From Candidatus Halarchaeoplasma halalkaliphilum (GTDB taxonomy: Archaea; Thermoplasmatota; Thermoplasmata; Halarchaeoplasmatales; Halarchaeoplasmataceae): 42,314 nt of DNA. The notes beneath the pieces are model-generated. The model was not told where the DNA came from. It did not search any database and saw nothing but the letters and a program-made list of their open reading frames with translations. How positions within the stretch are numbered: position 1 is the first letter of the stretch; every line of letters starts with the position of its first letter. The DNA lies in assembly GCA_007133925.1 (NCBI GenBank), contig SLLU01000038.1, positions 1-42,314 of the forward strand, written 5' to 3'. The translations under genes and the position numbers were made by a program. Positions 1 to 9,216 of this stretch are shown here, piece after piece.

Positions 1-40
1 CACGTACATGCATAAAACATTTTTCCCCTTTACACTAGTT

Positions 41-63
41 AAAGTGCCCGATCCGGGATTCGA
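41..63 (-). repeat. 23-bp exact duplicate of the tRNA-Arg 3' end (att-like direct repeat)
   Basis: AAAGTGCCCGATCCGGGATTCGA occurs at 41-63 and at 128-150. On the minus strand it runs from the T-loop through the acceptor stem to the downstream CTTT. Confidence 0.9.
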
Positions 64-131
64 TTCATCGGAACAAGTTCCTATACTCTCATCCCGTTCC
101 GGTCACTTTTTCTCCCCGTCGGTCGTAAAAG

Positions 132-205
132 TGCCCGATCCGGGATTCGAACCCGGGTAAGAGGCTCCGCAGGCCTCCATGATATCCAGACTACACCAAT
201 CGGGC
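132..205 (-). tRNA. tRNA-Arg (anticodon GCG), intron-less, CCA not encoded
   Basis: Minus strand reads GCCCGATTGGTGTAGTCTGGATATCATGGAGGCCTGCGGAGCCTCTTACCCGGGTTCGAATCCCGGATCGGGCA. Acceptor stem GCCCGAT/ATCGGGC, anticodon arm GAGGC-CT GCG GA-GCCTC, T arm CCGGG-TTCGAAT-CCCGG. Confidence 0.96.
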
Positions 206-303
206 GTTGGTAACGTGGGTTCCTAAGGCAAACTACTAATTTAATTTATCGTATTGCGGAGGAAAATCATTATCTATCCCCCCATACATGGGGGTCCAAG
301 GTC

Positions 304-1494
304 ATGAACATGGAAGTAGGACTGGTAGGAAAACCGAATGTGGGAAAGAGCACCTTCTTCGCCGCGGCAACAAGGACCGAGGTGGAAATGGCGTCTTATC
401 CATTCACAACCATAGAAGCGAACATAGGGGTGGGATACATACGGGCACCGTGTCCCCACGACGAGCTGGGGGTAACCTGTGAACCGAACCACACCCCCTG
501 TGTGAACGGGATACGGATGATACCCGTAAAGATGATAGATGTGGCGGGGCTTGTACCGGATGCCCATGCGGGAAAGGGTCTGGGCAACAAGTTCCTGGAC
601 GATCTCAGACAGGCTTCGGTCCTCATCCACATAGTGGATTCCAGCGGGTCTACCAACCCAGAGGGAGAACCCTGCCCGGTGGGTCAACACGATCCGGTAT
701 CCGACGTGGCATTCCTGGAAAGGGAGATAGACCTGTGGATAAAAGGTATCCTGGAAAACAACTGGAAGAAGGTATCGAGAAAACTGGAACTTGTTGGAGG
801 TAAACTGGACCGGGTGATCTTCGAACAGGTCTCGGGATTGGGGGTCAGCGAGGCAAAGGTATCAGCGGCCATACGGGACTCAAAGGCGCCGCAAAATCCA
901 AAGGACTGGGACGAAGAAACCCTTTACGAACTCGCCAGGAATTTGAGGTTGAAGAACAAGCCCATCATAATAGCGGCCAATAAGGCAGACCAAGCCTCCG
1001 AGGAAAATCTCACCGCCCTGGGGTCCCTGGATACTCCGGCGGTTACCACGTCGGCGGAATATGAACTGGCCATCAGAAAGGCATCGGAGAAGGGATTGGT
1101 CGATTATTCACCTGGGGAGGATAAATTCAATATCAAAAAGGATGACATAACCCCACCCCAGATGAACGCATTGCAGAAGATACGAGGGTTCATGGAAATA
1201 AACGGCGGGCTGGGGGTACAGCAGGTTCTGGAGAAGGCGGTTTACGATCTGCTGGATATGATCGTTGTTTATCCCGTGGAAAATGAACACAACTACACGG
1301 ACAAGGAAGGCCGGGTACTACCAGACGCATATCTGATGCCTAGGGGGAGCACTTCACTTGACCTTGCCTACGCGGTGCACACGGACATAGGCGAGGGTTT
1401 CATCCGCGCTGTGGATGCACGGAGTCAGAGGGTAATAGGCCGGGATCACGTCCTGAAGGACGGTGACATAATCAAGATAGTATCATCGAGGTGA
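304..1494 (+). CDS. ychF: YchF/Obg-family translation-associated GTPase/ATPase with C-terminal TGS domain
   Basis: GKPNVGKST P-loop, YPFTTI, DVAGL, GLGNKFLDDLR, ANKAD, and TGS-like tail (LAYAVHTDIG...LKDGDIIKI). Confidence 0.93.
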   Translation: MNMEVGLVGKPNVGKSTFFAAATRTEVEMASYPFTTIEANIGVGYIRAPCPHDELGVTCEPNHTPCVNGIRMIPVKMIDVAGLVPDAHAGKGLGNKFLDDLRQASVLIHIVDSSGSTNPEGEPCPVGQHDPVSDVAFLEREIDLWIKGILENNWKKVSRKLELVGGKLDRVIFEQVSGLGVSEAKVSAAIRDSKAPQNPKDWDEETLYELARNLRLKNKPIIIAANKADQASEENLTALGSLDTPAVTTSAEYELAIRKASEKGLVDYSPGEDKFNIKKDDITPPQMNALQKIRGFMEINGGLGVQQVLEKAVYDLLDMIVVYPVENEHNYTDKEGRVLPDAYLMPRGSTSLDLAYAVHTDIGEGFIRAVDARSQRVIGRDHVLKDGDIIKIVSSR

Positions 1495-1496
1495 CC

Positions 1497-3875
1497 ATGA
1501 AAGAGCGGTTCAGGATATTGGCAGGAAGTTACTCTGGCGTTGAGAACGGGGTGGTAATAGAACTGTTCTGCCGTAGCGAACAAGGCTATTCTGCCACCCT
1601 TCTATACGAGGATTTCAAGCCTTATTTCCATCTGGTTGAACCGCCACGGGATGTAGTGCATGAATTCAAAGAACAGGATGAGATAACTGATATAATAGAT
1701 GTGGAACTGTGGGTCGATGGACGTAACCGACGGTGTAAAAAGGTGGTCTGTACTTACCCCTGGAGGGTACCGGACTATAGAAAACAGGTGGGTAACCGAT
1801 GTAAAATACTCGCGGCGGACATACCCTTCGTTCAACGTTTCTTGTACGATCTGAACCTTCCTTCCACGGTGACCATTGAAGGAATGGAGGTAGAAGTGGG
1901 AAAATATCTCACCGAGAAAGTTTACAAAGTCAGCAAGTTCAACGATGCAGAACATTTCAAGCCTGAACTATCCTATCTCAGTTTCGATCTGGAAAACAGT
2001 TTGGACGATGATACCATCTACACCATATGTGCGGTTGTGGATAATGGAAAGGAGCGAAAGAGATGCTGCTTTGACGGTGACGAAGAAACCATCATCAAGG
2101 ATTTCCTGAGTTTCGTTTCTGAGGAAGATCCAGACGTGATCACAGGATACAATATAAACGGCTATGATATCCCCATGATCGTTAAGAGGGGAGAACATCT
2201 TGGTATGAACTCTCTCCCTCTAGGCAGGGATGGCTCCGAACTGAAAACCGTGGGCAACCGTATGTGGAGGGCTGCAGGTCGTATAATCGCCGATACGTGG
2301 TGGGCGGTCAGAAGCGAGCTCAATCTAAAACGGGAGACACTGAACGATGCGGCCCTAGAGGTCCTGAACGAAGAAAAGATGGATGTTGACCCACTTGAGA
2401 TGGACAGGGAGTGGGCGGAGAACCCTGAAAAGGTGAAGAAATATTGTCTCAAGGATGCGGAACTGGCCTTGGACATCCTCCTGGAACTGGGTGTTATGGA
2501 TAAGGCCATGGACATGGCAACGGTTTCCCGCCTCCCTGTTGACGAGGGGTTGAACGGACGAACATCCACCCTGGTCGACTCCATCCTCATAAGGGAAGCG
2601 GACAGGAAAAAGTTGGGGGTTCCCTTAACTCGCCGAGGGGGAAAGCGAGGGAATATCAAGGGAGGATATGTGCATTCCATCGAACCGGGACTGTACTACT
2701 GGGTAAGCGTACTTGACTTCAAAAGCATGTATCCCAGCATCATAATGGAAAACAACATCTGCTTCACTACACTTTCAGAAAACGGCGAAATAGCCAGCCC
2801 CACCGGAGATCGTTTCATGAGCAGGTCGCAGAAGGAGGGGCTCTTGCCAACCATACTTTCAAATCTCATGGAAGAAAGGGACGATGTGAAGAAAAAGATG
2901 CGCACGTCCAGGGGCAAGGATAAGGAGTATTACAACGGACTGCAAAATGCCATCAAGATACTGATGAACTCCTTTTACGGTGTATTCGCCTCCTCATTTT
3001 ATCGTTTTACCGATCCCAGGATAGGGGAGAGCATCACAGCATTCGCCAGGGAGAACATCAAGAAGGTGATAGATGATCTGGAATCCGAGAAACTAAAGGT
3101 TATCTATTCGGACACCGACAGCGTGTTCTTCCAGTCTCCGGAAGAGGATCTGGATAAAACAGTAAAGCTCAGCAGAAGGATCGCGGAGGAGCAAAGCAGG
3201 GGAGACATCGTGTTGGAATTTGAGAAGGTACTGAACCCTCTTTTTAGCCACGGTATGAAAAAAAGGTATGTTGCCAGGGTGGTATGGCCGGAGGAGGATA
3301 TGCTGGTTCGGGGATACGAACTCAGGAGAAGTGATTCTTTTGATGCCCAGAACGAATCTCTTGAGGAGGTGTTCAATCACATTCTTGACGGTGATCTGAA
3401 GGGTGCCATGGAAACCGCTCGAAATCGGGTGGATATGGTACGTAGCGGGAATTTGAAGAAAGAAAAATTGGTCATATCCCGTTCATGCAAGGACTTCGAT
3501 TCCTACGTTAATCCAAACAGCATGCCCAACGTTCAGGCTGCCAGGAAGATGAAGGAACGTGGCTACAGGTTCATCCCGGGGATGAAGGTGTCCTGGATCG
3601 TGACCGATGCCAGCAGGACACCCCAAGAAGTGGAGCCCTGGATAGCGGATACCGAAGACACTATCAAACCGGACTACCAGTACTACGCCCAGCGGGTTGC
3701 TATGACCCTTTCCAGGGTAACTGAGGTATTCGGATGGGACGAGAAAGGCCTTCTCATGGGGAACCGACAGTCGAACCTGTTTTCATCTCAGTTCAACGAC
3801 AAAGGGGATGAGGAGAAAAAAAATAAACCGGAGTCTACAAATAAAAAGAAACTCACCCTGCACGACTTTATGTGA
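1497..3875 (+). CDS. polB: Family B DNA polymerase with 3'-5' exonuclease domain
   Basis: Exonuclease motifs FDLE, GYNINGYD, YCLKD. Polymerase motifs DFKSMYPSII, KILMNSFYG, YSDTDS, KKRY. The ATG at 1497 is preferred; the GTG at 1491 overlaps the ychF stop. Confidence 0.95.
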   Translation: MKERFRILAGSYSGVENGVVIELFCRSEQGYSATLLYEDFKPYFHLVEPPRDVVHEFKEQDEITDIIDVELWVDGRNRRCKKVVCTYPWRVPDYRKQVGNRCKILAADIPFVQRFLYDLNLPSTVTIEGMEVEVGKYLTEKVYKVSKFNDAEHFKPELSYLSFDLENSLDDDTIYTICAVVDNGKERKRCCFDGDEETIIKDFLSFVSEEDPDVITGYNINGYDIPMIVKRGEHLGMNSLPLGRDGSELKTVGNRMWRAAGRIIADTWWAVRSELNLKRETLNDAALEVLNEEKMDVDPLEMDREWAENPEKVKKYCLKDAELALDILLELGVMDKAMDMATVSRLPVDEGLNGRTSTLVDSILIREADRKKLGVPLTRRGGKRGNIKGGYVHSIEPGLYYWVSVLDFKSMYPSIIMENNICFTTLSENGEIASPTGDRFMSRSQKEGLLPTILSNLMEERDDVKKKMRTSRGKDKEYYNGLQNAIKILMNSFYGVFASSFYRFTDPRIGESITAFARENIKKVIDDLESEKLKVIYSDTDSVFFQSPEEDLDKTVKLSRRIAEEQSRGDIVLEFEKVLNPLFSHGMKKRYVARVVWPEEDMLVRGYELRRSDSFDAQNESLEEVFNHILDGDLKGAMETARNRVDMVRSGNLKKEKLVISRSCKDFDSYVNPNSMPNVQAARKMKERGYRFIPGMKVSWIVTDASRTPQEVEPWIADTEDTIKPDYQYYAQRVAMTLSRVTEVFGWDEKGLLMGNRQSNLFSSQFNDKGDEEKKNKPESTNKKKLTLHDFM

Positions 3876-3877
3876 TA

Positions 3878-4642
3878 TCACCTTTCGGCGGTAACGATCC
3901 ATGCATCGGACCCATGTTCACCTTGACCTTCGAAATGATGATTACGGATGTTCTCGAACCCGGATTTCGCAAGAAGGGTGTTGATCTGATCTTCTGTGTA
4001 TAGTTTGAGTTGTATGTCGTACTCACTCTCGGTGATGACTCCCTCTTCGTTGACATGCAGTTTCTCGACTATCTCCAGTATCTGGGTGTCGGAATGATAA
4101 CTGCTCCTGTTCATCTTCCATACCTTCAATCCTCTTGGGGTTTCACGGATGGGGATGAACCTCTTCTCGGGTCGTTTGAAGTCTTTTTCCGGTGGCTTGA
4201 ACAGTTCCAGGGCCATGCCACCCCCGGGCCGGAGATGGGCATAGATCTTTCCCAATGCATGTTCGATATCCTCCGGCTCCATAAAGTGATGGAAATCACC
4301 AGTGGAAACGAATATGAAATCGAAGGTCCTACCCAGCTTGAAGTATCTGGCATCCTCCACCACCAGATCGGTAGGGTCCAGGTCGTTCTCCTCGAATTTC
4401 TCCCTTGCACGGTATATCATGGACCGTGTAAGGTCTACCCCTGTGACTTTGAAGCCTTTCTTTGCAAGGCCCGTCAGTATCTCACCGGTGCCGCACATAA
4501 GATGAAGAACTTTATCGCCGTAACCGGATGCAAGTTCTGCCCAGCGGTCGATCTCTTCTTCTCGCTCCGGAAAAAAGTAATCTATGGTATCAGCTCGAAG
4601 GGCATACATCTCGGTTATATCCGCGGGCCTTACACTCTTCAT
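3878..4642 (-). CDS. Class I SAM-dependent methyltransferase
   Basis: VLHLMCGTG (motif I variant), VTGVDL, EDAR, FDFI, LRPGG. Start placed at ATG 4642, about 20-25 nt below a TTATATAA box. Confidence 0.85.
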   Translation of the reverse strand: MKSVRPADITEMYALRADTIDYFFPEREEEIDRWAELASGYGDKVLHLMCGTGEILTGLAKKGFKVTGVDLTRSMIYRAREKFEENDLDPTDLVVEDARYFKLGRTFDFIFVSTGDFHHFMEPEDIEHALGKIYAHLRPGGGMALELFKPPEKDFKRPEKRFIPIRETPRGLKVWKMNRSSYHSDTQILEIVEKLHVNEEGVITESEYDIQLKLYTEDQINTLLAKSGFENIRNHHFEGQGEHGSDAWIVTAER

Positions 4643-4683
4643 GGTTTGGAAACAGTACCAGATTATATAACTCTTTTGAAGGG

Positions 4684-5364
4684 TCATTCCAGAGAGACCA
4701 GACCCTCGTCGGTTATACGGCACTCTATGCTCATCATCTCGGGCAGGGACCTGTGCTTGATGACCGAAAGTCGGCGTGTATGCCTTCTCCGGCCCTTCTC
4801 GATCTTGATTATGGTCTTGGAGTTGTGATAGAGCATGTGTCCGCCAAGGGGCTGCTCAGTACCGTTGCTCTGGTCCTGGTAAACCTGGGTGGTGATGACC
4901 ACGGGAACGTCCCTTTTCCTGGCGATCTTTAGCAAACGTACCATCTGCCGTCCCAGTATTGAACTGGCCTGACCCTGAGCTTCGCAGCCGATGAGGGTCC
5001 TGTAGAAGATGGTTATGCTGTCCACCACTATGAGACCTATGGAGATGCTGCTGTTGAAAGCCAGACGTTCGATCTCCTCCAAACGTTTGGTCTGCTCCTC
5101 AAAGGAATGTGCCCGGAAAAAAAGGGTGTTCTGCAGTACGTCGTCGGAACGATCCTTCGACATCTGCTTCAACCTCTCGGTAGAGATCCCCTCGGTGTCC
5201 AGATATATCACCTTTTTACCTTGGAGTGCGACATTTCTGGTGAGCTGGAGGCACAGGTTCGTTTTTCCCGTTCCTCCACCCCCGTATAGCTCCGTGATGG
5301 AACCTGATTCTATGCCCCCTTTGAGCATATCGTCAAGGGGGATGCACCCCGAAGGTAATTTCAT
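4684..5364 (-). CDS. radB: DNA repair and recombination protein RadB
   Basis: 226-aa RecA-fold core without an N-terminal HhH domain. Walker A GGGGTGKT, YLDTEG, Walker B LIVVDS, and the RadB-diagnostic C-terminal KHR motif. Confidence 0.92.
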   Translation of the reverse strand: MKLPSGCIPLDDMLKGGIESGSITELYGGGGTGKTNLCLQLTRNVALQGKKVIYLDTEGISTERLKQMSKDRSDDVLQNTLFFRAHSFEEQTKRLEEIERLAFNSSISIGLIVVDSITIFYRTLIGCEAQGQASSILGRQMVRLLKIARKRDVPVVITTQVYQDQSNGTEQPLGGHMLYHNSKTIIKIEKGRRRHTRRLSVIKHRSLPEMMSIECRITDEGLVSLE

Positions 5365-5393
5365 GGAGTAACCGAATAAGGTGGTTGATTTAA

Positions 5394-7253
5394 TTATTTG
5401 CGGTTCCCGGGTCTCTTTCGATAGTACCCGTCGTAGAACGAGGGGGGATCGTATCTACCCCAGCGCCTGTACCAGTGTATGAACCATGCTATGAGGATAG
5501 AACTTACTATGAGTGTGGGAAGAACAAAACAGTACACCACGGAATAGCTGGTTGTGGGCATGGCACTTACGTCCTGGGTACTAGCCCCTTCGCCAGCCGG
5601 GTTCACCGCGCTCACACTGTAGTAATAGGTTACCCGATTCGTAACGTTTTTGTCTTCGTATTCGGGTGTATGAGAAGAAACGATAGCTACGAGTACGCTC
5701 TCGTTCCCCTTTTCTCTACGATAAACGAAATATTCGTCCAAGTCCACACCTCCCAAATACTCCGGGGGTTCCCAGACCAGACGAACCATTGAATCACCGG
5801 GGTGGGATTCCAATCCCCTTGGTTCCCCGGGCACAACAGCTGCCGTGGCATTGACAATCTCGGACATCAAACCTTCCCCGCCGTAATTTATGGCGCTGAC
5901 CATGTAGTTGTAAGTCTCACCTATGGTAACTTCATCGTCAATATAGGACGACCTATCGGGGATCCAGGTATGCCTGGTGATGTTATCCTGAGGAGTCCAA
6001 CGATAGATCCAATAACCCTGTATCTCACCTCCGCCTACGTCAAGGGGATGCTCCCAGTTCAACAACAACCGACCGTCATCGACACTAATGGTGAGATCAC
6101 GGGGGGCCGAAGGCACGCCGATGAAAGCAAATAACATACCCCTTGTGGATGCCATGAATACAGTGCCGTGACAGCCTATGGCCGGAGAGGACACTACCGT
6201 GCCACCCATATCCGTTCTCCATTTTTCCGTACCATCGCTGTTGACTGCATAGGCAAAACCATCGTGGGAACCAAAATATACGGTACCATCTGCCCCCAAT
6301 GCCGGTGAAGCTTCAACGGGCCCACCGGTTGAAAACTTCCATATCAGTTCACCCCGCTCATCCACGGCATATAGATGTCCGTCATCGGAACCGAAGTAAA
6401 CCACTTCATCCTTACCAACAGAAGGGGATGACCTGATAGGACCATCTGTGGTGAAGTGCCAAAGGTAACCGCCCCGGAGATTCAAGGCATAGATCTTGTG
6501 GTCGGAGGAACCGAAATATATGGTACCGTTGGGGCTCACCGCGGGGGACGAATGGATCTCTCCACCGGTTTCGAATCTCCACCGTAGGGATCCTCCAGAC
6601 CCACTCAGGGCTAAAAGATCACCCCCGGAGGTGCCGATGTAAACTGTCCCGTCTACCCCTATTGCAGGTGAGGAGGTTATAGGGCTGTTGGTAGGATGAC
6701 TCCACCTTTCTGTACCGTCCGGATTGACTGCATACACATGGCCATCCCGGGATCCCACGTAAACAACACCGTCGGCGGATATGCCGGGAGATGACGTTAC
6801 GGCACCCCGGGTCTCGAATTCCCATAATTTTCGACCTCCGGAATCCAGGGCATACAGATTACGATCATTAGATCCAAAGTAAACATTACCATGGGGATCC
6901 AACGCAGGGCTTGATACCACTGTACCCCCGGTTTCGAAACTCCATCGGTTAACGAAATTTGTGTCGTAATCGAAGGCGTGAAGGTAACCGTCATCCGAGC
7001 CTATGAAAACCCTGGAATCGGCAGATACCGCCGGAGAAGACAAGAAAGGATGTGTGTGCCCCCAGCTGCGGTGATTCCTACCGTCCACTTGCCCTGTAAA
7101 GCGTGTACTCAAACCAGTATTCCCCGGGTTTCCGCCGAAACCCGGCCAAGGATGGTCCGGTACATCGGGTTCTTCGGAGGTCACCATGTGTGTGGAAAAC
7201 ACGGACATGGACACCAGCAAGCCCGCCACTAACAAGATTCGGAGTGCATTCAC
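5394..7253 (-). CDS. Secreted, membrane-anchored PQQ-like (BamB-type) beta-propeller protein with two fibronectin type III domains
   Basis: Signal peptide; about 8 repeats of SSP(A)..DG.(V/I)YFGS.D..LYA....G...W; PSAPRDL and PGEPRGL FN3 starts with YxYxVSA(I/V)NxxGEG ends; C-terminal transmembrane helix followed by a basic tail. Confidence 0.88.
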   Translation of the reverse strand: MNALRILLVAGLLVSMSVFSTHMVTSEEPDVPDHPWPGFGGNPGNTGLSTRFTGQVDGRNHRSWGHTHPFLSSPAVSADSRVFIGSDDGYLHAFDYDTNFVNRWSFETGGTVVSSPALDPHGNVYFGSNDRNLYALDSGGRKLWEFETRGAVTSSPGISADGVVYVGSRDGHVYAVNPDGTERWSHPTNSPITSSPAIGVDGTVYIGTSGGDLLALSGSGGSLRWRFETGGEIHSSPAVSPNGTIYFGSSDHKIYALNLRGGYLWHFTTDGPIRSSPSVGKDEVVYFGSDDGHLYAVDERGELIWKFSTGGPVEASPALGADGTVYFGSHDGFAYAVNSDGTEKWRTDMGGTVVSSPAIGCHGTVFMASTRGMLFAFIGVPSAPRDLTISVDDGRLLLNWEHPLDVGGGEIQGYWIYRWTPQDNITRHTWIPDRSSYIDDEVTIGETYNYMVSAINYGGEGLMSEIVNATAAVVPGEPRGLESHPGDSMVRLVWEPPEYLGGVDLDEYFVYRREKGNESVLVAIVSSHTPEYEDKNVTNRVTYYYSVSAVNPAGEGASTQDVSAMPTTSYSVVYCFVLPTLIVSSILIAWFIHWYRRWGRYDPPSFYDGYYRKRPGNRK

Positions 7254-7403
7254 CCAATCACCGACCTTTGATCGTTCCAGAAAGATCTTTCTATCATTCG
7301 AGTATTAATCACTGAACAAAGATATAACGTTTTGGGATGAGAACATATCTCAAGGTAGGGAAATCTTTTTACAGATTTGTGTTTTCCAGTGATATGATCA
7401 AAC

Positions 7404-8594
7404 ATGAAATGCAACGGTAGTGGAAAGGGGTTGCCCGAACTAGTGGGACCCGCCGCCTTTGGGATAAAGATGGGGGTCATCCTCCCCGGGATCCCCGTGG
7501 ATGAGATGATAATCGAAAGGATGAGTGAACTCAACGGAGAGGGGCTAGTGGATAATGGGGACATACTGTGCATAACCGAATCCGTTGTTGCCCGATCCCA
7601 GAATAATTTCATAACCCTGGACATGGTGGCCCAGGAGGTAGGGGAGAAGCTGGGGCTACAAAAGGATGGTTCCTTGGGAGTGGTATTCCCCATACTGAGC
7701 AGGAACCGCTTTTCTCCCATCCTAAGAGGCCTTTCCAGAGCGGTCAACAGTGGAAAAGTAACGGTTCAACTATCATTTCCCACAGACGAGGTGGGGAATC
7801 CGATACTGGATGATGAGATACTAAAGGAACTAGGGAAAGGTAGGGTGGATACCATCACCATGGCCGACCTTCAAGGATTCGATTACAAGCATCCCCTGAC
7901 CGGTGTTAACTACATAGAGTTTTACCAGGAGTTGATCACCGGCGAAGGGGCGGAGGCTGAGATCATCCTCTCCAACGATCCCCTTGAGATATTGAAGTAC
8001 GAACCAGAGGGTGTGATAGCTGCGGACATACACACTTGTGAGTCCACACTGAGTTCACTGAGGGAGAAATTCTCCAACTGCATTTCATTAAAAGACCTTT
8101 GCTGCAAGGGAGAAAAATGTTCCGAATGGGGTCTCTTAGGTAGCAACCTATCCAGTGGGGACAAGTTGAAACTCCTTCCCAGGGATGGAGACTCTTTCGT
8201 TGAACGCCTCCGGAAGGATATAGAGAATGCCACGGGGAAAAATATACACGTGATGATCTACGGAGACGGGGCATACAAAGATCCGGAATCCGGCATATAC
8301 GAACTCGCGGACCCCAAGACTACTTTCGGAGCCACCAAGGAACTCACCGACCGATACCGAGACGGTATCAAATACAAGTTCGTCGCGGACTCCCTTAGCG
8401 AAGAGGGAAAAAGTGCGGAAGATATAGAACGGGCCATGGAACGGGTAAAAAAGAAAGGTGGGGAAAGAAACTGCATGGAAACCGAAGGTACCACTCCCAG
8501 GCAACTTACTGACATACTGGCCAGCCTCGCTGACCTTGTCAGCGGTTCCTCTGATGCAGGAACACCTGTAGTGCTGGTCAAGAACTTCTTCTGA
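7404..8594 (+). CDS. CofE / F420-0:gamma-glutamyl ligase-like family protein (long form)
   Basis: N-terminal GDILCITESVVARSQ and C-terminal DILASLADLVSGSSDAGTPVVLVKNF resemble the CofE/DUF129 family. Substrate is not certain. Confidence 0.7.
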   Translation: MKCNGSGKGLPELVGPAAFGIKMGVILPGIPVDEMIIERMSELNGEGLVDNGDILCITESVVARSQNNFITLDMVAQEVGEKLGLQKDGSLGVVFPILSRNRFSPILRGLSRAVNSGKVTVQLSFPTDEVGNPILDDEILKELGKGRVDTITMADLQGFDYKHPLTGVNYIEFYQELITGEGAEAEIILSNDPLEILKYEPEGVIAADIHTCESTLSSLREKFSNCISLKDLCCKGEKCSEWGLLGSNLSSGDKLKLLPRDGDSFVERLRKDIENATGKNIHVMIYGDGAYKDPESGIYELADPKTTFGATKELTDRYRDGIKYKFVADSLSEEGKSAEDIERAMERVKKKGGERNCMETEGTTPRQLTDILASLADLVSGSSDAGTPVVLVKNFF

Positions 8595-8614
8595 AGCAAC
8601 GTACCCGGATAAAC

Positions 8615-8624
8615 AAAAAAAAAA
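8615..8624 (-). terminator. Oligo-T archaeal intrinsic terminator
   Basis: Run of 10 T on the minus strand about 13 nt past the stop codon of the 8638-9012 regulator. Confidence 0.6.
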
Positions 8625-8637
8625 GAACGAAAGGGGT

Positions 8638-9012
8638 TTAGTAGATCGCTTTTACCAGTTCGTCGATCTTCTTCAAGTTGCTCTCCATCTCCGATATACG
8701 GGCTTTCTCTTCCTTCTGTATCTCCAGGAATATCTCGTCTATGGGTTTGTCCAACTTGTAACCGTGAACCGGACGGCCCTTGCCTTCCTTCTTTATGTCT
8801 CTCTTATCCATCCAATCCTTCATCCTCATAGCCTGGGTGGCTATGGATACCTCGGGTTGTTTCAGACCGGTTGCGCTCTCTATCTCTCTTCGGGTAGCTT
8901 CATCTCGCCCCGCAACGTATACCAGTGTCAGGGCTATATTCCTTTCCACACCCGCTTTTCTGAGTCTTTCGACCAAATCCTTTTGCTTTTTAGTCAAGGT
9001 TTTTTCTGCCAT
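8638..9012 (-). CDS. Winged helix-turn-helix transcriptional regulator (archaeal ArsR/TrmB-like)
   Basis: REIESATGLKQPEVSIA helix-turn-helix, KGKGRP-like wing (EGKGRPVHGY), C-terminal coiled coil. Confidence 0.82.
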   Translation of the reverse strand: MAEKTLTKKQKDLVERLRKAGVERNIALTLVYVAGRDEATRREIESATGLKQPEVSIATQAMRMKDWMDKRDIKKEGKGRPVHGYKLDKPIDEIFLEIQKEEKARISEMESNLKKIDELVKAIY

Positions 9013-9216
9013 TTTTTACACCTTTTTCGTGAACGTTATGTCTTTTATTGTACATATGATATCGTTACTACTTTTTATATTTATGGGTTCATTTATGGAA
9101 TGCCCTATCATGAACAAAACAGCTATTTTTACATGAATATATATACCTTTGCACCAACATGCTAAGTGCCCCTAGGTCAAAATCTATATATGTCCGAGAC
9201 CCATCACCGAAACCAC

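Noticed and set aside
4010..4932. Long plus-strand ORFs 4010-4828 and 4528-4932
   Set aside because: Antisense shadows of the methyltransferase and radB, with no recognisable motifs.
5394..7253. PQQ-dependent dehydrogenase call for the propeller proteins
   Set aside because: Only the structural repeat is present. The architecture (signal peptide, FN3/Ig stalk, membrane anchor) fits surface proteins, and no quinoprotein catalytic features were recognised.
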